Part shown: one piece after another, positions 24,354-35,954 of the stretch
How the letters are laid out: each line of letters begins with the position of its first letter
Position numbering within the stretch: the stretch's first letter is position 1
From: Thermoanaerobaculia bacterium
GTDB taxonomy: Bacteria; Acidobacteriota; Thermoanaerobaculia; UBA5066
Reading direction: 5' to 3'
Length of the DNA: 64,000 bases
NCBI GenBank assembly: GCA_963816185.1
Contig: CAWFJJ010000006.1
Coordinates: forward strand, 1,326-65,325
Translations under genes and position numbers: made by a program
Notes under the pieces: model-generated
The model's database searches: none
The model's input: the letters and a program-made list of their open reading frames with translations, nothing else
Told to the model about the DNA's origin: nothing

Positions 24354-24966
24354 TCAGGTTGCAGCGGTTCCGGCATCGCGACGCCCGCCGTGCTCTGCCG
24401 TGTCAGTGTCTGCCTGAAATTTCTCGACTTGATAGACCGCAAGCTGCACGGCACCAGCCCAAAGGCCGGCGGGAACCCCGGCCTTTTGCTTGAGAAGAGC
24501 CATGAACTCGCGCGGCTCCGGGTGCTGGCTCCAGACCTGCGGCAGAAAAGTGGCGCGCCGCCCGCCGTACTGAAAAATGACGCCGTCGACGCCCGGACGA
24601 AGGAGGCTCAGGGCTTCCGCCTCGCTGCTGAACTGGAGCGGTTGCGGCGCGGTCAGCACGGAGACCTCGATGCTCACGGCAGACAATTCCTCGGATGCAA
24701 GGGTTGGAAAGCGCGGGTCGCCAAAAGCGGCGGCGCAGGCGTTCCGAGTCACGTCGTCGTAGAGGGAACGATGCGCCTCGAGCGAGCCGATGCAGCCGCG
24801 CAGCCGCCCGTGAAGGGTGAGGGTGACGAAGGTGGCAGCCGGCTCGTCGAGCCAGAGGGGACGTGGCAACGCGGGCCAAGCCTCGCCGAATTCGGCCGCT
24901 ATGGCGGCGCGTGCCAGTGAGGTGAGAAGCCGCCCTCTGGCCTGATGCTCCGTGAGCGAATGAGTT
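24354..24966 (-). CDS. AMMECR1-domain protein; start codon unresolved
   Basis: ATFVTLTLHGRLRGCIGSLEAHRSLYDDVTRNACAAAFGDPRFPTL..DGVIFQYGGRRATFLPQVW matches the AMMECR1 core (GvFVTl..g.LRGCIG); the ORF-track N-terminus (to 25262) is Arg-rich junk and there is no ATG/GTG/TTG near the expected domain start. Confidence 0.55.
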
Positions 24967-25161
24967 CCTTCCGTAAGGCCACCGCCGCGTAACCGACGAC
25001 GCGCCCTTTGTCGACGACCGCCTCGTCGGGAGTTCCGCGAGTCTATCAGGCGGGCACGAACGTGTCGCCGTGAACCGCGGACCTTTACGCTATAGAATCG
25101 TCGCGCGTTCAAACCAACCCGGCGCGACGCACGTTCGCGCCCTTTCCAGAAAGGAAGGTCC

Positions 25162-25602
25162 ATGAGACGTTTCCTCACTTTCACCGTCGCCGCGCTGTTC
25201 GTGGTCGCGGCCTTCTCCGTCTCCGCGGGCGATCCGCCGAAGGGCGGAGGCGACGCGGCCAAGAGCCCGCAGGCGAAGGTCTACCTCGACTGGGTCAAGG
25301 CCGTGAAGGCTGGGAACCTCGACGCGTGGAAGAAGGTCGTTCCGGCCGAGGCGTCGCAGCAGATCGAAGCCCAGGCCAAGGAGATGAAGAAGACGCCCAA
25401 GGACGTGCTCGAGTTCCTCGGGGCGATGACCCCGGACGACAGCAAGATCACGGGCCTCAAGGTCGACGGAAAGAAAGCCACGCTCAAGGTGACCGGGAAG
25501 ACGAAGGGCGATCCCAAGCCCTCGTATGGGAGCGTCGAGATGATCCAGGAGGGAGGCGGCTGGAAGGTCGGCAAGCAAAGCTGGAGCGACAAGCCGGAGT
25601 AG
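25162..25602 (+). CDS. small secreted Lys-rich hypothetical protein (signal peptide)
   Basis: RBS AAAGGAAGG then ATG; signal MRRFLTFTVAALFVVAAFSVSA; 146 aa. Confidence 0.55.
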   Translation: MRRFLTFTVAALFVVAAFSVSAGDPPKGGGDAAKSPQAKVYLDWVKAVKAGNLDAWKKVVPAEASQQIEAQAKEMKKTPKDVLEFLGAMTPDDSKITGLKVDGKKATLKVTGKTKGDPKPSYGSVEMIQEGGGWKVGKQSWSDKPE

Positions 25603-25652
25603 CGGGGATCGACGGAGCTCCTTCGACTGCCGGGCCTTTGAACATGAGACCC

Positions 25653-25680
25653 TAGGGGGGGCCGCTCTTGGCCCCCCCTA
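25653..25680. terminator. perfect 11-bp-stem hairpin TAGGGGGGGCC-gctctt-GGCCCCCCCTA between convergent genes
   Basis: Seen directly; GC-rich stem with a 6-nt loop; no U-tract on either strand, so the terminator function is presumptive. Confidence 0.45.
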
Positions 25681-27705
25681 GCGAGGTAGTCCCATCCCCC
25701 AGTAGTTCGCCTCGAAGAACGGCATGTAGTCCTTCTTCGTCAGGAAACCGAGCAAGCCGGCGACGTGCTTCGTCGTGCCGAACTTCCAACGAAACGTCTT
25801 TTGATACGACTTGAGGAACGTCAGGAAGGTCGCCTCGCCGATTTCCTTGTGCAGCACCGACAGAAGGTACGGACCCTTTCCGTACAGGAGCCCTGTACGG
25901 TATTGGTCCTCCATCTCGCGGTCGTTCGGCATGTCGATGCGGTTGGCGAGCGCGATCGGCGCGACGCCATTGGCGAGCTTCGCACGCGATTTCCAGCCCG
26001 CCACGAGCATCTCGTAGTCACCCTTGCCCTTGGCGTCGCGAATGAAGAGCGCCGCGCAGTATTCCGCGAATGCCTCCTCCAGCCACTGCTCTTCCGGGCC
26101 CGGGCTCTTCACCACCGTGCCCCAATACTGGTGGGCGATTTCGTGGGCGAAGCGGTGATTGACGCCTCCGGAGAAAAGCTGGTTCGCCTCACCCATGATC
26201 GGGTTGAACGCCTCCTTGGTGATGAAGAGAGTGCCCGGCGGCGCCTGCCCCCAGCCGTAGTCGTTGATCTCGATGATGTTGAGCTCCCGGAACGGGAAAG
26301 GCCCGAGGAAGCCTTCGTAGTACTTGATTACGCTGAATGCGAGGTTCGTGAGCTTCTTGAACGCGTGCGGATGGTTCATCGCGTACGAGGCCACGCGCAC
26401 GGTCATTCCCTCGCGCGTCTCCTCCTGGTAGCGGTAGTTGCCCGCCAAGACAACGGGAAAGTCCACTGGGTCGGCGATCTCCGTCTCGACGACGTTCTCG
26501 TCTCCGTCCACCCGACGGCTCGTTGTGACGCCAGGCGCGAACGGCAAGAACGGCTTCTTGACCCGCACCGTGGCGCGCATCGTGAATGAGCGGCCCGTCT
26601 GCTGCGGCAGCGGCAGCCAGTTGCCCTCCAGGAGCCAGAAGTTATCGCCCTGCGGGCGCACGAGAAAATCGCCTTCAACCTCGAAGGTCAGCTTGAACGG
26701 CCTGTTCGCTGCGGCGACCGTGGGGAGACCCACCAGGAGCGCGCCGCGGTCGTGGTGGAACGGTAGAGACGTCCCGTCCTCAGCCTTCACCGAGCGCAGC
26801 CGCTCGGAGCGCAACCGCACGACGCCCGTTCCCGTCACGTCCCAGCGCGTGTTCGTCAGGCCGAAGTCGAAGACGGAGCGCGGTCGCCGGAGGGGCACGA
26901 TCGTCTCGACGACCGTGAGGGTTGTGTCGCGGCCGTCCGTCGCGCGAAGCGTGTAGTCGATATTGGTCACGACGAAGGGGGCCGGCTGCAGGTCCCGTCG
27001 GTCTCGAGCGGACTGGCTCGATAGCGTCGTCCTCCAAAGGCGCTTCTTCACCTCGTCGTCGGCCAGACTGTCTTTGATCTTCCGGATCACGTCGAGGCGT
27101 TCGACGTCGCCCTCGATGGAATCGGAGACGTAGACGTAGGCCTCCTGCCCACCGGAGATCTCGAGGCGCAGCACTTTTGCCGAGGGCGCGTCGAGCCGCT
27201 GGAGGATGAACGGATGCGAAGGAGGGCTCTCCTGTATCCGCCCGAACCATCCTCGGTGCGCCTTGAACGCTCCGTCGAGTGGCGCGCCTTGCGCAGCGGC
27301 CGCGGCGGCATCGGGGTCCGTGGTCAGGACGAGGAGCTCCGTGAAGGTGTCCCTGAGCGTGAGGGACTTGTCGCCCTTCTCCAGCTTGAGCGACGTCGCC
27401 TTCTTGACGTTGAACTCGACGGCCGGCAGCTCGATCGGATCGGCGGCTCGATACTCGAAGGAGCCTCTTCCCGTGAAGAAGAAGCCGACGACGTCGTCAC
27501 CGGCCTTGACTGGCACACGCCAGCCGTCGGCTAGCAGCACCACCATGTGCCCGGACTCAATGCGGGTTCCTCGTACCTGTGTCGATGCGCCCGCCGCGGC
27601 AAGGGCTTCGTAGCTCTTCGCAAGCGCGGCCACACTCGGCGCAGCGGCGGATGCAGGACCGGAGAGCGCGAGGACTGCTCCTGCCATCCGGAAAAAGTCT
27701 CTCAT
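25678..27705 (-). CDS. M1-family zinc aminopeptidase (aminopeptidase N-like), secreted
   Basis: 675 aa; signal peptide; HEIAHQYWG (HExxH) with a downstream Glu in WLEEAFAEY. Confidence 0.85.
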   Translation of the reverse strand: MRDFFRMAGAVLALSGPASAAAPSVAALAKSYEALAAAGASTQVRGTRIESGHMVVLLADGWRVPVKAGDDVVGFFFTGRGSFEYRAADPIELPAVEFNVKKATSLKLEKGDKSLTLRDTFTELLVLTTDPDAAAAAAQGAPLDGAFKAHRGWFGRIQESPPSHPFILQRLDAPSAKVLRLEISGGQEAYVYVSDSIEGDVERLDVIRKIKDSLADDEVKKRLWRTTLSSQSARDRRDLQPAPFVVTNIDYTLRATDGRDTTLTVVETIVPLRRPRSVFDFGLTNTRWDVTGTGVVRLRSERLRSVKAEDGTSLPFHHDRGALLVGLPTVAAANRPFKLTFEVEGDFLVRPQGDNFWLLEGNWLPLPQQTGRSFTMRATVRVKKPFLPFAPGVTTSRRVDGDENVVETEIADPVDFPVVLAGNYRYQEETREGMTVRVASYAMNHPHAFKKLTNLAFSVIKYYEGFLGPFPFRELNIIEINDYGWGQAPPGTLFITKEAFNPIMGEANQLFSGGVNHRFAHEIAHQYWGTVVKSPGPEEQWLEEAFAEYCAALFIRDAKGKGDYEMLVAGWKSRAKLANGVAPIALANRIDMPNDREMEDQYRTGLLYGKGPYLLSVLHKEIGEATFLTFLKSYQKTFRWKFGTTKHVAGLLGFLTKKDYMPFFEANYWGMGLPR

Positions 27706-27846
27706 CTATGTTTATGCGGCTCCCACCGTGCGCTCTGACATGGCCAGCCACGCGCAACAAATCATCATACCCTTCCGATTTCATGAGCTCCCGCCCGTTT
27801 GGGCTCGAGAAGCTCGAAAGATCGTCGGCCGGAAGGACCGCACGGC

Positions 27847-29127
27847 CTACCTGCGGTCCGGCGACTGGATATGCCCGGCGCCCGTGTGGAGGTCGAGGCG
27901 GAGAATCCCCCTGCTCACCACGCTGGCTCGTGTGGAGTCCGTGACTCGGATGTCGCCTTGGCGCAGCCGCACGACGACCTGTTCCAGGCCGGCGGCTGGA
28001 ACGCGGAGGCTTGCGAAGCAATTCAGGTCCGTAAACAGGCCGCGCTGCTCGATCCGGAACAGGAGCCTCGGCACGGGACCCGGGATGAATTCGACGTGCG
28101 CGCCAAGCCGGCTCAGTGGCAGCCCGAAGCCGTGCAGCTCGCCCCGAATCGTCACCTGCGAAGACGGTGCGTCGACGAGAGCGATTTCGATCGTCCCTTT
28201 CGGGGCCTGGACCTCCAGAACCCGCGGCGCCTGCGGCAGGGAGGGGAGTGGCACGACCGAGTCGATCGGCGTGCCGTGCGGCGTCGCGAAGAGCGCGACG
28301 AGGACACCCGCAGCTCCGAGGACGGCTGTGACACTCGAAGCCCTGGGCCAGCGCCACTCGGGGCGGGCTGCAAGTGGAGCGGCGTCCAGCGCTTCGTCGC
28401 GGGGAAGGTGCAGCACATGGTAGTAGAGGACGTGCGATACCCCGGCCGCAAGGAGCGCCGACCAGAGGATATCGGAGAGGAAATGGGCGCCCGCGGCCAT
28501 GCGTCCCACCCCCAGGAGCCCTCCCGCGAGGAGACCCGTTGAGAGCGAAGTGAGCGCCGGCGCTCGGCGGCGTTTCCAGATCCACCAGCCGATGCCGTAG
28601 AGGAAGCCAACCGTGCAATGGCCGCAGGGAAACGAGGCCCCTCCTTCGCGACCGGGAAGAGGCGTCGGGACGTAGCGCAACGCCCCCCCGAATTCGACGA
28701 TCTCGCGGGGCCGCGGGTGATTCCAGTGATCCTTGAGCAGCACGTTGCCGAGAAGGCCGGGGCCCAGAACAACGCTCAGCAGGACGAAGACCCCGTGCCG
28801 GCTCCACGGCCTGCGCCTGAGGTGGGCGCCGGCCGCGAGCATCGCGAGGCCCGCGATCACGAGCGACGCCGTGATCCAGGGTGACGCGCGATAAAGCAAC
28901 GGCCAAGGGGCTTGCGTCGCGAGAGGCCAGTGGTCGGTGCCGGTCGGCCGGTAGAACCAGCGTGCGACGGCGACGTCGAGGGACGAGACGCCGAAGAGGA
29001 GCGTTACAGCCAGCGCCGACAGCACGAGCAGCGCCCCTTCCTGCAGCCGCCCTGATTCGGGCGGAGGCGAGCTGCCGACGATCACGCCGTCGTCCGTTCG
29101 CATCCGCCGATTATCGGTTTCGTCCAC
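27847..29127 (-). CDS. PAP2-superfamily phosphatase, membrane, with a C-terminal extracytoplasmic extension
   Basis: PAP2 motifs KDHWNHPRP, PCGHCT, GAHFLSDI; multiple TM helices. Confidence 0.75.
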   Translation of the reverse strand: MDETDNRRMRTDDGVIVGSSPPPESGRLQEGALLVLSALAVTLLFGVSSLDVAVARWFYRPTGTDHWPLATQAPWPLLYRASPWITASLVIAGLAMLAAGAHLRRRPWSRHGVFVLLSVVLGPGLLGNVLLKDHWNHPRPREIVEFGGALRYVPTPLPGREGGASFPCGHCTVGFLYGIGWWIWKRRRAPALTSLSTGLLAGGLLGVGRMAAGAHFLSDILWSALLAAGVSHVLYYHVLHLPRDEALDAAPLAARPEWRWPRASSVTAVLGAAGVLVALFATPHGTPIDSVVPLPSLPQAPRVLEVQAPKGTIEIALVDAPSSQVTIRGELHGFGLPLSRLGAHVEFIPGPVPRLLFRIEQRGLFTDLNCFASLRVPAAGLEQVVVRLRQGDIRVTDSTRASVVSRGILRLDLHTGAGHIQSPDRR

Positions 29128-29255
29128 CGTCGGGCTCCCGACATCGGGTACGACGTCGAGACCACTGATATCCGCCCACTCACGTGCCCGCCGTCGGACA
29201 CGATATCGTCAGCTCGTCGAGTGCCAGATTCGCTCGACCGGGTCGGAGGGCGTCG

Positions 29256-30935
29256 ATGAATACGGCGGGAAAAGAGTTTCTCAAGGCTCGCGACTTTCTG
29301 CAGGAGCATCGCGAGGACTACGAATCGGCGTACCGCGGCTTCCGCTGGCCCGAGCTCGAGGAGTTCAACTGGGCCCTCGACTTCTTCGACCCCTGGGCCG
29401 AGGGTAACCAACGCCCGGCTCTCTGGATCGTCGACGAACAGGGTCGCGAGTGGAAATACTCGTTCGCCGAGATGCGGGAACGCTCGAACCGCGTCGCGAA
29501 CTTCCTCCGACGGCTGGGGCTTCAGCGCGGAGGCCGGGTCCTTCTCATGCTCGACAACCAGCCCGAGCTGTGGGAGACGGTTCTGGCCGCCATCAAGCTC
29601 GGCGCGGTCCTCATCCCGTCGTCGCTTCTCCTGACGAAGAGCGACCTTCAGGACCGGATTCGCCGCGGACAGGTGACGCTCGTCGCCGCGACACCCGAGA
29701 ACACTGGCAAGTTCGAGGGGCTCGAAGGGAGTTTCGTGAAGGTCCTCGTCGGCGGAAAAGCGGACGGCTGGGTCTCGTACGAGGAGGCGGGCGAGGCCCC
29801 CGCAGCCTTCCGCGCCGACTTCGTGACGAAGATCTCCGACGCCCTCTTCCTCTATTTCACGTCCGGAACGACCGCGCTTCCCAAGATGGTGCTTCACACG
29901 AACGGCTCCTATCCGGTCGGGCATCTTTCGACGATGTACTGGGTCGGGCTGAAGGAGGGCGACCTTCACCTGAACATCAGCTCGCCGGGGTGGGCCAAGC
30001 ACGCATGGAGCTCTTTCTTCGCGCCCTGGAACGCCGGCGCGACGATCTTCGTCCACAAGTACGCACGCTTTTCCCCGGCTTCCCTTCTCGAGACGCTGCG
30101 GAAATACCGGATCAACACGCTCTGCGCACCGCCGACCGTCTGGAGGATGGTGATCCTCGAGACCCTGGGAGCGCGGCCCGAAGGGCTGCGCGAGCTCGTG
30201 AGCGCCGGCGAGCCGCTGAACCCGGAGGTCATTGCACGGGTCGAGAAGGAGTGGGGCCTCACGATCCGCGACGGCTACGGCCAAACGGAGACGACGCTGC
30301 AGGTGGGAAACATGCCCGGCCTCCCCGTGAAGGTCGGCTCCATGGGGCGTCCCGCGCCCGGCTACCGGCTGGAGTTGCTCGACTCCGACGGCCGGGAGGC
30401 CGACGAAGGAGAGCTGGCTGTCCACCTCGAGCCGCGCCCCCTCGGTTTGATGGTCAACTACGCGGACGATCTCGCCCGCACCCGCGCTGCGATGTCGGGG
30501 GGCTACTACCGGACGGGCGACACGGCCTCGCGCGATTCGGAGGGGTACTTCTGGTTCATCGGCCGCGCGGACGACGTCTTCAAGAGCTCGGACTACCGGA
30601 TCAGCCCGTTCGAGATCGAGAGCTCCCTCCTCGAGTGCGGCCCCGTCGCCGAGGCGGCCGTCGTTCCCTCTCCCGACCCGATCCGCGGCTTCGTTCCGAA
30701 GGCCTACGTCACGCTCAAGCCCGGCTTCAAGCCGGATGCGGCGACCGCGGCGATGATCTTCGAGACGCTCCGGGCGAAGGTGGCCCCTTTCCGCCGCGTC
30801 CGGCGCCTCGAGTTCGTCACGGACCTCCCGAAGACCGTATCGGGCAAGATCCGCCGCGTCCAGCTTCGCGGCCAGGAGACGAACCGCGACGCGATGAGGC
30901 CGCAAGAGTTCCGCGAGGAGAGTTCGAAGGGTTGA
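29256..30935 (+). CDS. AMP-dependent synthetase/ligase (acyl-CoA synthetase family)
   Basis: RBS GGAGGG then ATG 29256; AMP-binding motif YFTSGTTALPKMV; YGQTETT; YRTGD; C-terminal GKIRR. Confidence 0.85.
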   Translation: MNTAGKEFLKARDFLQEHREDYESAYRGFRWPELEEFNWALDFFDPWAEGNQRPALWIVDEQGREWKYSFAEMRERSNRVANFLRRLGLQRGGRVLLMLDNQPELWETVLAAIKLGAVLIPSSLLLTKSDLQDRIRRGQVTLVAATPENTGKFEGLEGSFVKVLVGGKADGWVSYEEAGEAPAAFRADFVTKISDALFLYFTSGTTALPKMVLHTNGSYPVGHLSTMYWVGLKEGDLHLNISSPGWAKHAWSSFFAPWNAGATIFVHKYARFSPASLLETLRKYRINTLCAPPTVWRMVILETLGARPEGLRELVSAGEPLNPEVIARVEKEWGLTIRDGYGQTETTLQVGNMPGLPVKVGSMGRPAPGYRLELLDSDGREADEGELAVHLEPRPLGLMVNYADDLARTRAAMSGGYYRTGDTASRDSEGYFWFIGRADDVFKSSDYRISPFEIESSLLECGPVAEAAVVPSPDPIRGFVPKAYVTLKPGFKPDAATAAMIFETLRAKVAPFRRVRRLEFVTDLPKTVSGKIRRVQLRGQETNRDAMRPQEFREESSKG

Positions 30936-31091
30936 GGGGCGGACTTTTCGCCTCGGGATCAAGCAGCTGAATGTCCGTCCTCTATGAACTGCCTCCGCGT
31001 ACCCTTCCAGCGACAGTGCCGTGGCATAGGTGTTGCTGCGCCCTGTCATGGGTCCCGTTCGGCGTGAACCAAGACCCAGCGGAGGTATGAG

Positions 31092-32522
31092 ATGGCATAC
31101 CGAATGGCCCGGCAGGTCTGTGTCTTAGCGGCTATGTCAGGAAGTCCGCTTCTCTTGATGGCTCAGGAGCAGGGGCCGGCAGCAGAGGCTTCCGGGAACG
31201 AGGCATCGGTCCAGTCGCAAAATCTGGCCCCGGAGCAACTCGCCGACCTGGTCGCGCCCATCGCGCTGTATCCCGATCCGCTTCTGAGTCAGGTCCTGGT
31301 CGCGAGCACCTACCCGTTGGAGGTCGTCGAGGCGCAGCAGTGGCTGCAACGGAATAGACGTCTGAGGGGCCGGCAGCTGATGGACGCAGCCCAGGAGCAG
31401 AACTGGGACGCCAGCGTTCAGGGACTGGTGGCCTTTCCGGACGTGCTGGACACGCTGAACCAGGACGTCCAATGGACCACGGCATTGGGCAATGCCTTCC
31501 TCGCGCAGCAAGCGGACGTCATGAACGCGGTGCAGCGACTGCGCGCACGGGCGCAGGCGAACGGTACGCTCTCCTCCACCCGGGAGCAGACGGTTACCAC
31601 CGAGACGCCGGGCGAGCAGTCGGTCATAGAGATCGTGCCGGCCGATCCGCAGGTGATTTACGTGCCGGAATACGATCCAGACTCCATCTGGGGACCCCCG
31701 GAGTGGGGCACCTATCCGCCGCTGGATTACGTCAGCTACGGCTTCGGTTTCGGTCCGGCGATTGACATCGGATTTTGCTTCGGCGGGTGGAACGGCTGGG
31801 GCTGGCGCGGCTGGGGTTGGGGCTGGGGCCCGAACTGGTTTGGCGGCTCGGTGTTCGTCAACGGAGCGTTCTTCCGACATCATGGTTTCCACGGCCGGTT
31901 CCTGGCCGGCGGGTTTGCCGGCAGGAGGGTGTGGCGGCACGATCCAGGCCACCGGTCGGGAGTCTCGTACCCGAACGCTCGACTGGCAGCCCGGTATCAG
32001 TCTGCCTCGCTGGCTTCCCGGAGCACGATGGCAAGGCCGGAAAGCTTCAATTCGGCCCGATCGGCCGGCACGGGAAGCTGGAACCGGCTCGGGCCTGGGA
32101 CCGCGTCGACACGCGGAAGCCGACCGGTCACGCAGGGCGTTCGCGCCGCGACACCGCGGAGCACACGGCGCACAACCGAGGAAGCGTGGCGACGCTCTCC
32201 CGGTGCGCAACGCGAGCAGGTTCCCGTGCAGCGTTACTCGGCTCCGATGCGGCGCTATTCGGCCCCGGTGCGGCAGTACTCGGCTCCGGTGCAGCGGTAT
32301 TCGGCTCCGATCCAGCGGTATTCGGCTCCGGTGCAGCGGTATTCGGCTCCGGTCCAGCGCTACCCTTCTTCTACGCCGCGAGTGTCCCCGACGGGAAGTG
32401 GCGGGCGCAGCTTCGGCGGCGGTGCCGGCTCATACGGCTCAAGCCGTGGCGGAGGCGTGAGCAGCACGGGCGGCGGCCATGCCTCCGGTGGCGGCTCACA
32501 CGTTGGCGGCCACCGCCGGTGA
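31092..32522 (+). CDS. DUF3300-domain secreted protein with Gly/Trp-rich low-complexity region and 7x RYSAPVQ tandem repeat
   Basis: [32 protein letters not shown] matches DUF3300; signal peptide; repeats at ~32229..32362. Confidence 0.6.
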   Translation: MAYRMARQVCVLAAMSGSPLLLMAQEQGPAAEASGNEASVQSQNLAPEQLADLVAPIALYPDPLLSQVLVASTYPLEVVEAQQWLQRNRRLRGRQLMDAAQEQNWDASVQGLVAFPDVLDTLNQDVQWTTALGNAFLAQQADVMNAVQRLRARAQANGTLSSTREQTVTTETPGEQSVIEIVPADPQVIYVPEYDPDSIWGPPEWGTYPPLDYVSYGFGFGPAIDIGFCFGGWNGWGWRGWGWGWGPNWFGGSVFVNGAFFRHHGFHGRFLAGGFAGRRVWRHDPGHRSGVSYPNARLAARYQSASLASRSTMARPESFNSARSAGTGSWNRLGPGTASTRGSRPVTQGVRAATPRSTRRTTEEAWRRSPGAQREQVPVQRYSAPMRRYSAPVRQYSAPVQRYSAPIQRYSAPVQRYSAPVQRYPSSTPRVSPTGSGGRSFGGGAGSYGSSRGGGVSSTGGGHASGGGSHVGGHRR

Positions 32523-32682
32523 CTCGGATGAAGGAGTCGACCGCCTAGACGCCCCCGCGGCGCCCCCGCGCGCCTCGCCCGCGCTCCGCATCGCTCACGG
32601 GTCGGCCCTCGGTCGGCTTCCGGCTCTCCGCTTGATGATTGACGCGGGAAGAGCGGGAGTTCACTTTAGCCACGGAGGTTCC

Positions 32683-35214
32683 GTGCCGAAGATCGCTTTG
32701 TCGCTGCTGGAGGCGACCCTCGAGTCCACGGCGGACGGCATCCTCGTGGTGGACCTGAACGGGCGCATCGTCTCGTACAACCAACGGTTCGCCGAGATGT
32801 GGCGGATTCCCCCGGAAGTCCTGCAGACACACGACGACGATCGGGCGCTCGGCTTCGTCATCGAGCAACTCGCGGATCCGGAGGCCTTCCTCGAAAAGGT
32901 ACGGGAACTGTACGCAACCCCCGAGGCGGAGAGCATGGACGTCCTCACATTTCGCGACGGCCGGGTCTTCGAGCGCCTCTCGAGACCCCAGCTTCTGCAG
33001 GGACGCCCCGCGGGACGAGTCTGGAGCTTCCGAGACGTCACCGAGAGGAAGCGCTCCGAACTGCTACAGCAGGCGACCTATCGGATTTCCGAATCGGCGC
33101 ACGAGGCCACGAGCCTCGAGGAGCTCTTCCGGGCTCTTCACGCCATCGTCAGCGAGCTGATGCCGGCCCAGAATTTCTACATCGCTCTCCACGACCGGCA
33201 GAGCGACACCATCAGCTTCCCCTACTTCGTCGACGAGTTCGATGCTCCGCCCGCCCCCAAGCCCCTCGGACGGGGGCTCACCGAATACGTTCTTCGGACC
33301 GGCCAGCCGATCCTGGCCTCTCCGGAGGTTTTCGAGGAGCTTGTTCGCCGGGGGGAAGTCGAGCTCCTCGGCGCCCCCTCGGTCGACTGGCTCGGCGTTC
33401 CGTTGCGGACGGCTCAGGAGACGATCGGGATCGTCGTGGTCCAGAGCTACACGGAAGGTGTCCGGTTCCGCGACACCGACCGGGACCTCCTCGCGTTCGT
33501 GTCGACCCAGCTCGCGATGGCCATCGAGCGCAAGGCAGCCGAAGCGGCCATGCGGGCGTCAGAGCTTCGCTACCGACTTCTGTTCGAGCGGGGTCTGGCC
33601 GGCGTGTACCGGATGACTGCCGACGGGTACGTCGTGGAATGCAACCGGGCTCTCGCCAGCCTGCTCGGGTACGCTTCGCCCGGTGAAGTTCGCGGCCTCG
33701 GCCCCGCCGAGCTCTTCGTGGACCCTGCCGAGCGGCTGGCCGGACTCGAGCGTTTGCGCACACAGCGCATCGCCGTCAACCAGGAGGTGTGGATGCGTCG
33801 CCGCGACGACACATCCGTCTGGGTTCTCCTGAACGAGAGTCTCGTCCAGGAGGCCGGTGCCCCTCCCGTCGTGGACGGCAGTCTCATCGACATCACCGAC
33901 CGGAAGGTGGCGGAGGAGAAGAGCTGGAAGATGGCGCACCACGACTCGCTGACCGGCCTTCCCAATCGGACGCTCTTCAACGACCGTCTCGAGCTGGCCA
34001 TCCAGCGAGCTCGGCGAGGCAGCCAGCGGCTCGCCATCATGTTTCTGGACCTGGACGACTTCAAGCACGTCAACGACACGCTCGGGCATTCGGCAGGGGA
34101 CGAGCTGCTCGTGCAGGTCGGAGGGCGCCTCCGGCATATTCTTCGCGGAGAGGACACGGTGGCGCGACTGGGAGGAGACGAGTTTCTTCTCCTGATAACC
34201 GACGTTAAGGATTCGACCGGCGTCGGCGTGATGGCACGGAAGGTCCTCGCGGTCTTTGAATCTCCCTTCCTCGTCAAGAAAAGGGAGCTCTTTCTCTCCG
34301 CCAGCCTCGGCATCGTGCTCTACCCTGAAGACGGAAGCGACCCGGAGGTCCTGCTCTCCAACGTCGACACCGCGATGTACCGGGCGAAGAAGATCGGTCG
34401 TAACAACTACCAGTTCTTCACCGCCGAGATGCAGCAGCACGCACAGGAGCGGGCCCGGCTCGAGAGCGGTCTCAGGCGCGCCTTGCCGCGAGACGAGTTC
34501 GTGCTCCACTATCAGCCTATCCGGGACCTGCGCAGCAGAAAAATCGTCGGTCTCGAGGCGCTCGTGCGATGGCAGCACCCCGAGCACGGTTTGCTTCCCC
34601 CGCGAAACTTCGTTGCGCTCGCCGAGGACGTTGGCCTGATCATGCCGCTGGGAGCCTGGGTTCTCCGACGGGCCTGCGAACGAACGCGCGCCTGGCGGGA
34701 GCAAAACGTCCGCAACCTCACGATCGCCGTGAATCTGTCGGCCCGCCAGGTCCAGAGCGAGGAATTCGCGCGCCAGGTGACCCAGATTCTCCATGAAACA
34801 GGTCTGCCGCCGATCGGCCTCGACCTGGAGATCACCGAGTCCGCCGCCATGCAGAACGTCGAGGTCACCGGCCATGTCCTCGGTCAACTCTCGGCGCTGG
34901 GAGTGAGGATCTCCATCGACGACTTCGGCACGGGGCACTCGTCGCTCAGCTACCTGAAGCACTTCCCCATCAATCGCCTGAAGATAGACCGCTCGTTCAT
35001 CGACGGAATGACTCGCGACACGCGCGACCGCGCCATCGTCGCCGGAATCCTTTCCATCGCCCACAATCTCGGACTGAGGGTCGTAGCCGAAGGCGTCGAA
35101 ACCAAAGAGCAGGCTGCCCTCCTCGGAGATCTCGACTGTGACGAGGTGCAGGGGTTCTTCTTTGGCGCGCCTGTGCCCGAGAGCCAGGTCGAGAAGCTGC
35201 TTGCCGAGGGATAG
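32683..35214 (+). CDS. PAS-GAF-PAS-GGDEF-EAL signalling protein (c-di-GMP turnover)
   Basis: GTG 32683 after GGAGG; PAS ([17 protein letters not shown]), GAF, GGDEF (RLGGDEFLL), EAL (EALVRW..; [13 protein letters not shown]; EGVETKEQ). Confidence 0.85.
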   Translation: MPKIALSLLEATLESTADGILVVDLNGRIVSYNQRFAEMWRIPPEVLQTHDDDRALGFVIEQLADPEAFLEKVRELYATPEAESMDVLTFRDGRVFERLSRPQLLQGRPAGRVWSFRDVTERKRSELLQQATYRISESAHEATSLEELFRALHAIVSELMPAQNFYIALHDRQSDTISFPYFVDEFDAPPAPKPLGRGLTEYVLRTGQPILASPEVFEELVRRGEVELLGAPSVDWLGVPLRTAQETIGIVVVQSYTEGVRFRDTDRDLLAFVSTQLAMAIERKAAEAAMRASELRYRLLFERGLAGVYRMTADGYVVECNRALASLLGYASPGEVRGLGPAELFVDPAERLAGLERLRTQRIAVNQEVWMRRRDDTSVWVLLNESLVQEAGAPPVVDGSLIDITDRKVAEEKSWKMAHHDSLTGLPNRTLFNDRLELAIQRARRGSQRLAIMFLDLDDFKHVNDTLGHSAGDELLVQVGGRLRHILRGEDTVARLGGDEFLLLITDVKDSTGVGVMARKVLAVFESPFLVKKRELFLSASLGIVLYPEDGSDPEVLLSNVDTAMYRAKKIGRNNYQFFTAEMQQHAQERARLESGLRRALPRDEFVLHYQPIRDLRSRKIVGLEALVRWQHPEHGLLPPRNFVALAEDVGLIMPLGAWVLRRACERTRAWREQNVRNLTIAVNLSARQVQSEEFARQVTQILHETGLPPIGLDLEITESAAMQNVEVTGHVLGQLSALGVRISIDDFGTGHSSLSYLKHFPINRLKIDRSFIDGMTRDTRDRAIVAGILSIAHNLGLRVVAEGVETKEQAALLGDLDCDEVQGFFFGAPVPESQVEKLLAEG

Positions 35215-35431
35215 GACCGGGTACTCAGGGTAGGTTCCGGGGGGTCAACCAGTTGCGCGCCTGAGTCGCCATCAACTGAAGACTGCCCTCTCTCGCGCAG
35301 GTTCCAGACTGCCGGCTTAGGCGGGCTGGCCGTCGGCCGCGCAGGCCGGCAATTTTTCGATGTCAACTTCAAGCCGTGGGGAATATTCCCGGGCTTCCGC
35401 CAGTCCACTCATCAGCTTGGAGGGAGGCGTG

Positions 35432-35887
35432 ATGAGAAACGTCCGCCCACGCATGGAGTCTGCTCTGCTCGACGCCTCGTCCGTGTCGTCGGCGAGACGG
35501 CAGACTCCTGCGGTTGCAGCGCACGAACATGACGGACAGTGCAGACTTGCGGTATCCGCCACGACGTGGGTGTGTGCGCTCTTCCTGGCGTTCGCCTTGC
35601 TCGGCCCAAGCGGCGGCAACGCGCAAGCCCAGGTCGTCACCGAGTTCAGTTCCGGCATTACCGCCAGCGCAAGCCCCCTCGGCATCACGGCAGGCCCCGA
35701 CGGCAACCTGTGGTTCACGGAATACAGCGGCCACCGCATCGGGCGGATCACCCCGCTCGGAGCCGTGACCGAGTTCAGCGCCGGCATCACCGCCGGCGCG
35801 CGGCCCGTCGGCATCGCGTCCGGCCCCGATGGCGATTTGTGGTTCGCGGAAGACGACGGCAACCGGGTGAACGGCTTCTTCAGGTGA
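35432..35887 (+). CDS. truncated Vgb-like (streptogramin B lyase family) beta-propeller fragment, two blades only
   Basis: Signal-like [15 protein letters not shown] then two repeats ITAGxxPxGIxxGPDGxLWFxE; ends after ~150 aa. The ORF-track start at 35360 is probably upstream read-through. Confidence 0.45.
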   Translation: MRNVRPRMESALLDASSVSSARRQTPAVAAHEHDGQCRLAVSATTWVCALFLAFALLGPSGGNAQAQVVTEFSSGITASASPLGITAGPDGNLWFTEYSGHRIGRITPLGAVTEFSAGITAGARPVGIASGPDGDLWFAEDDGNRVNGFFR

Positions 35888-35954
35888 GCACTTGCGATCT
35901 TTCCGCCCGGAATCACTTTCAATGTGGGCACTTCTCAAGGAGGAGATTCGAATC

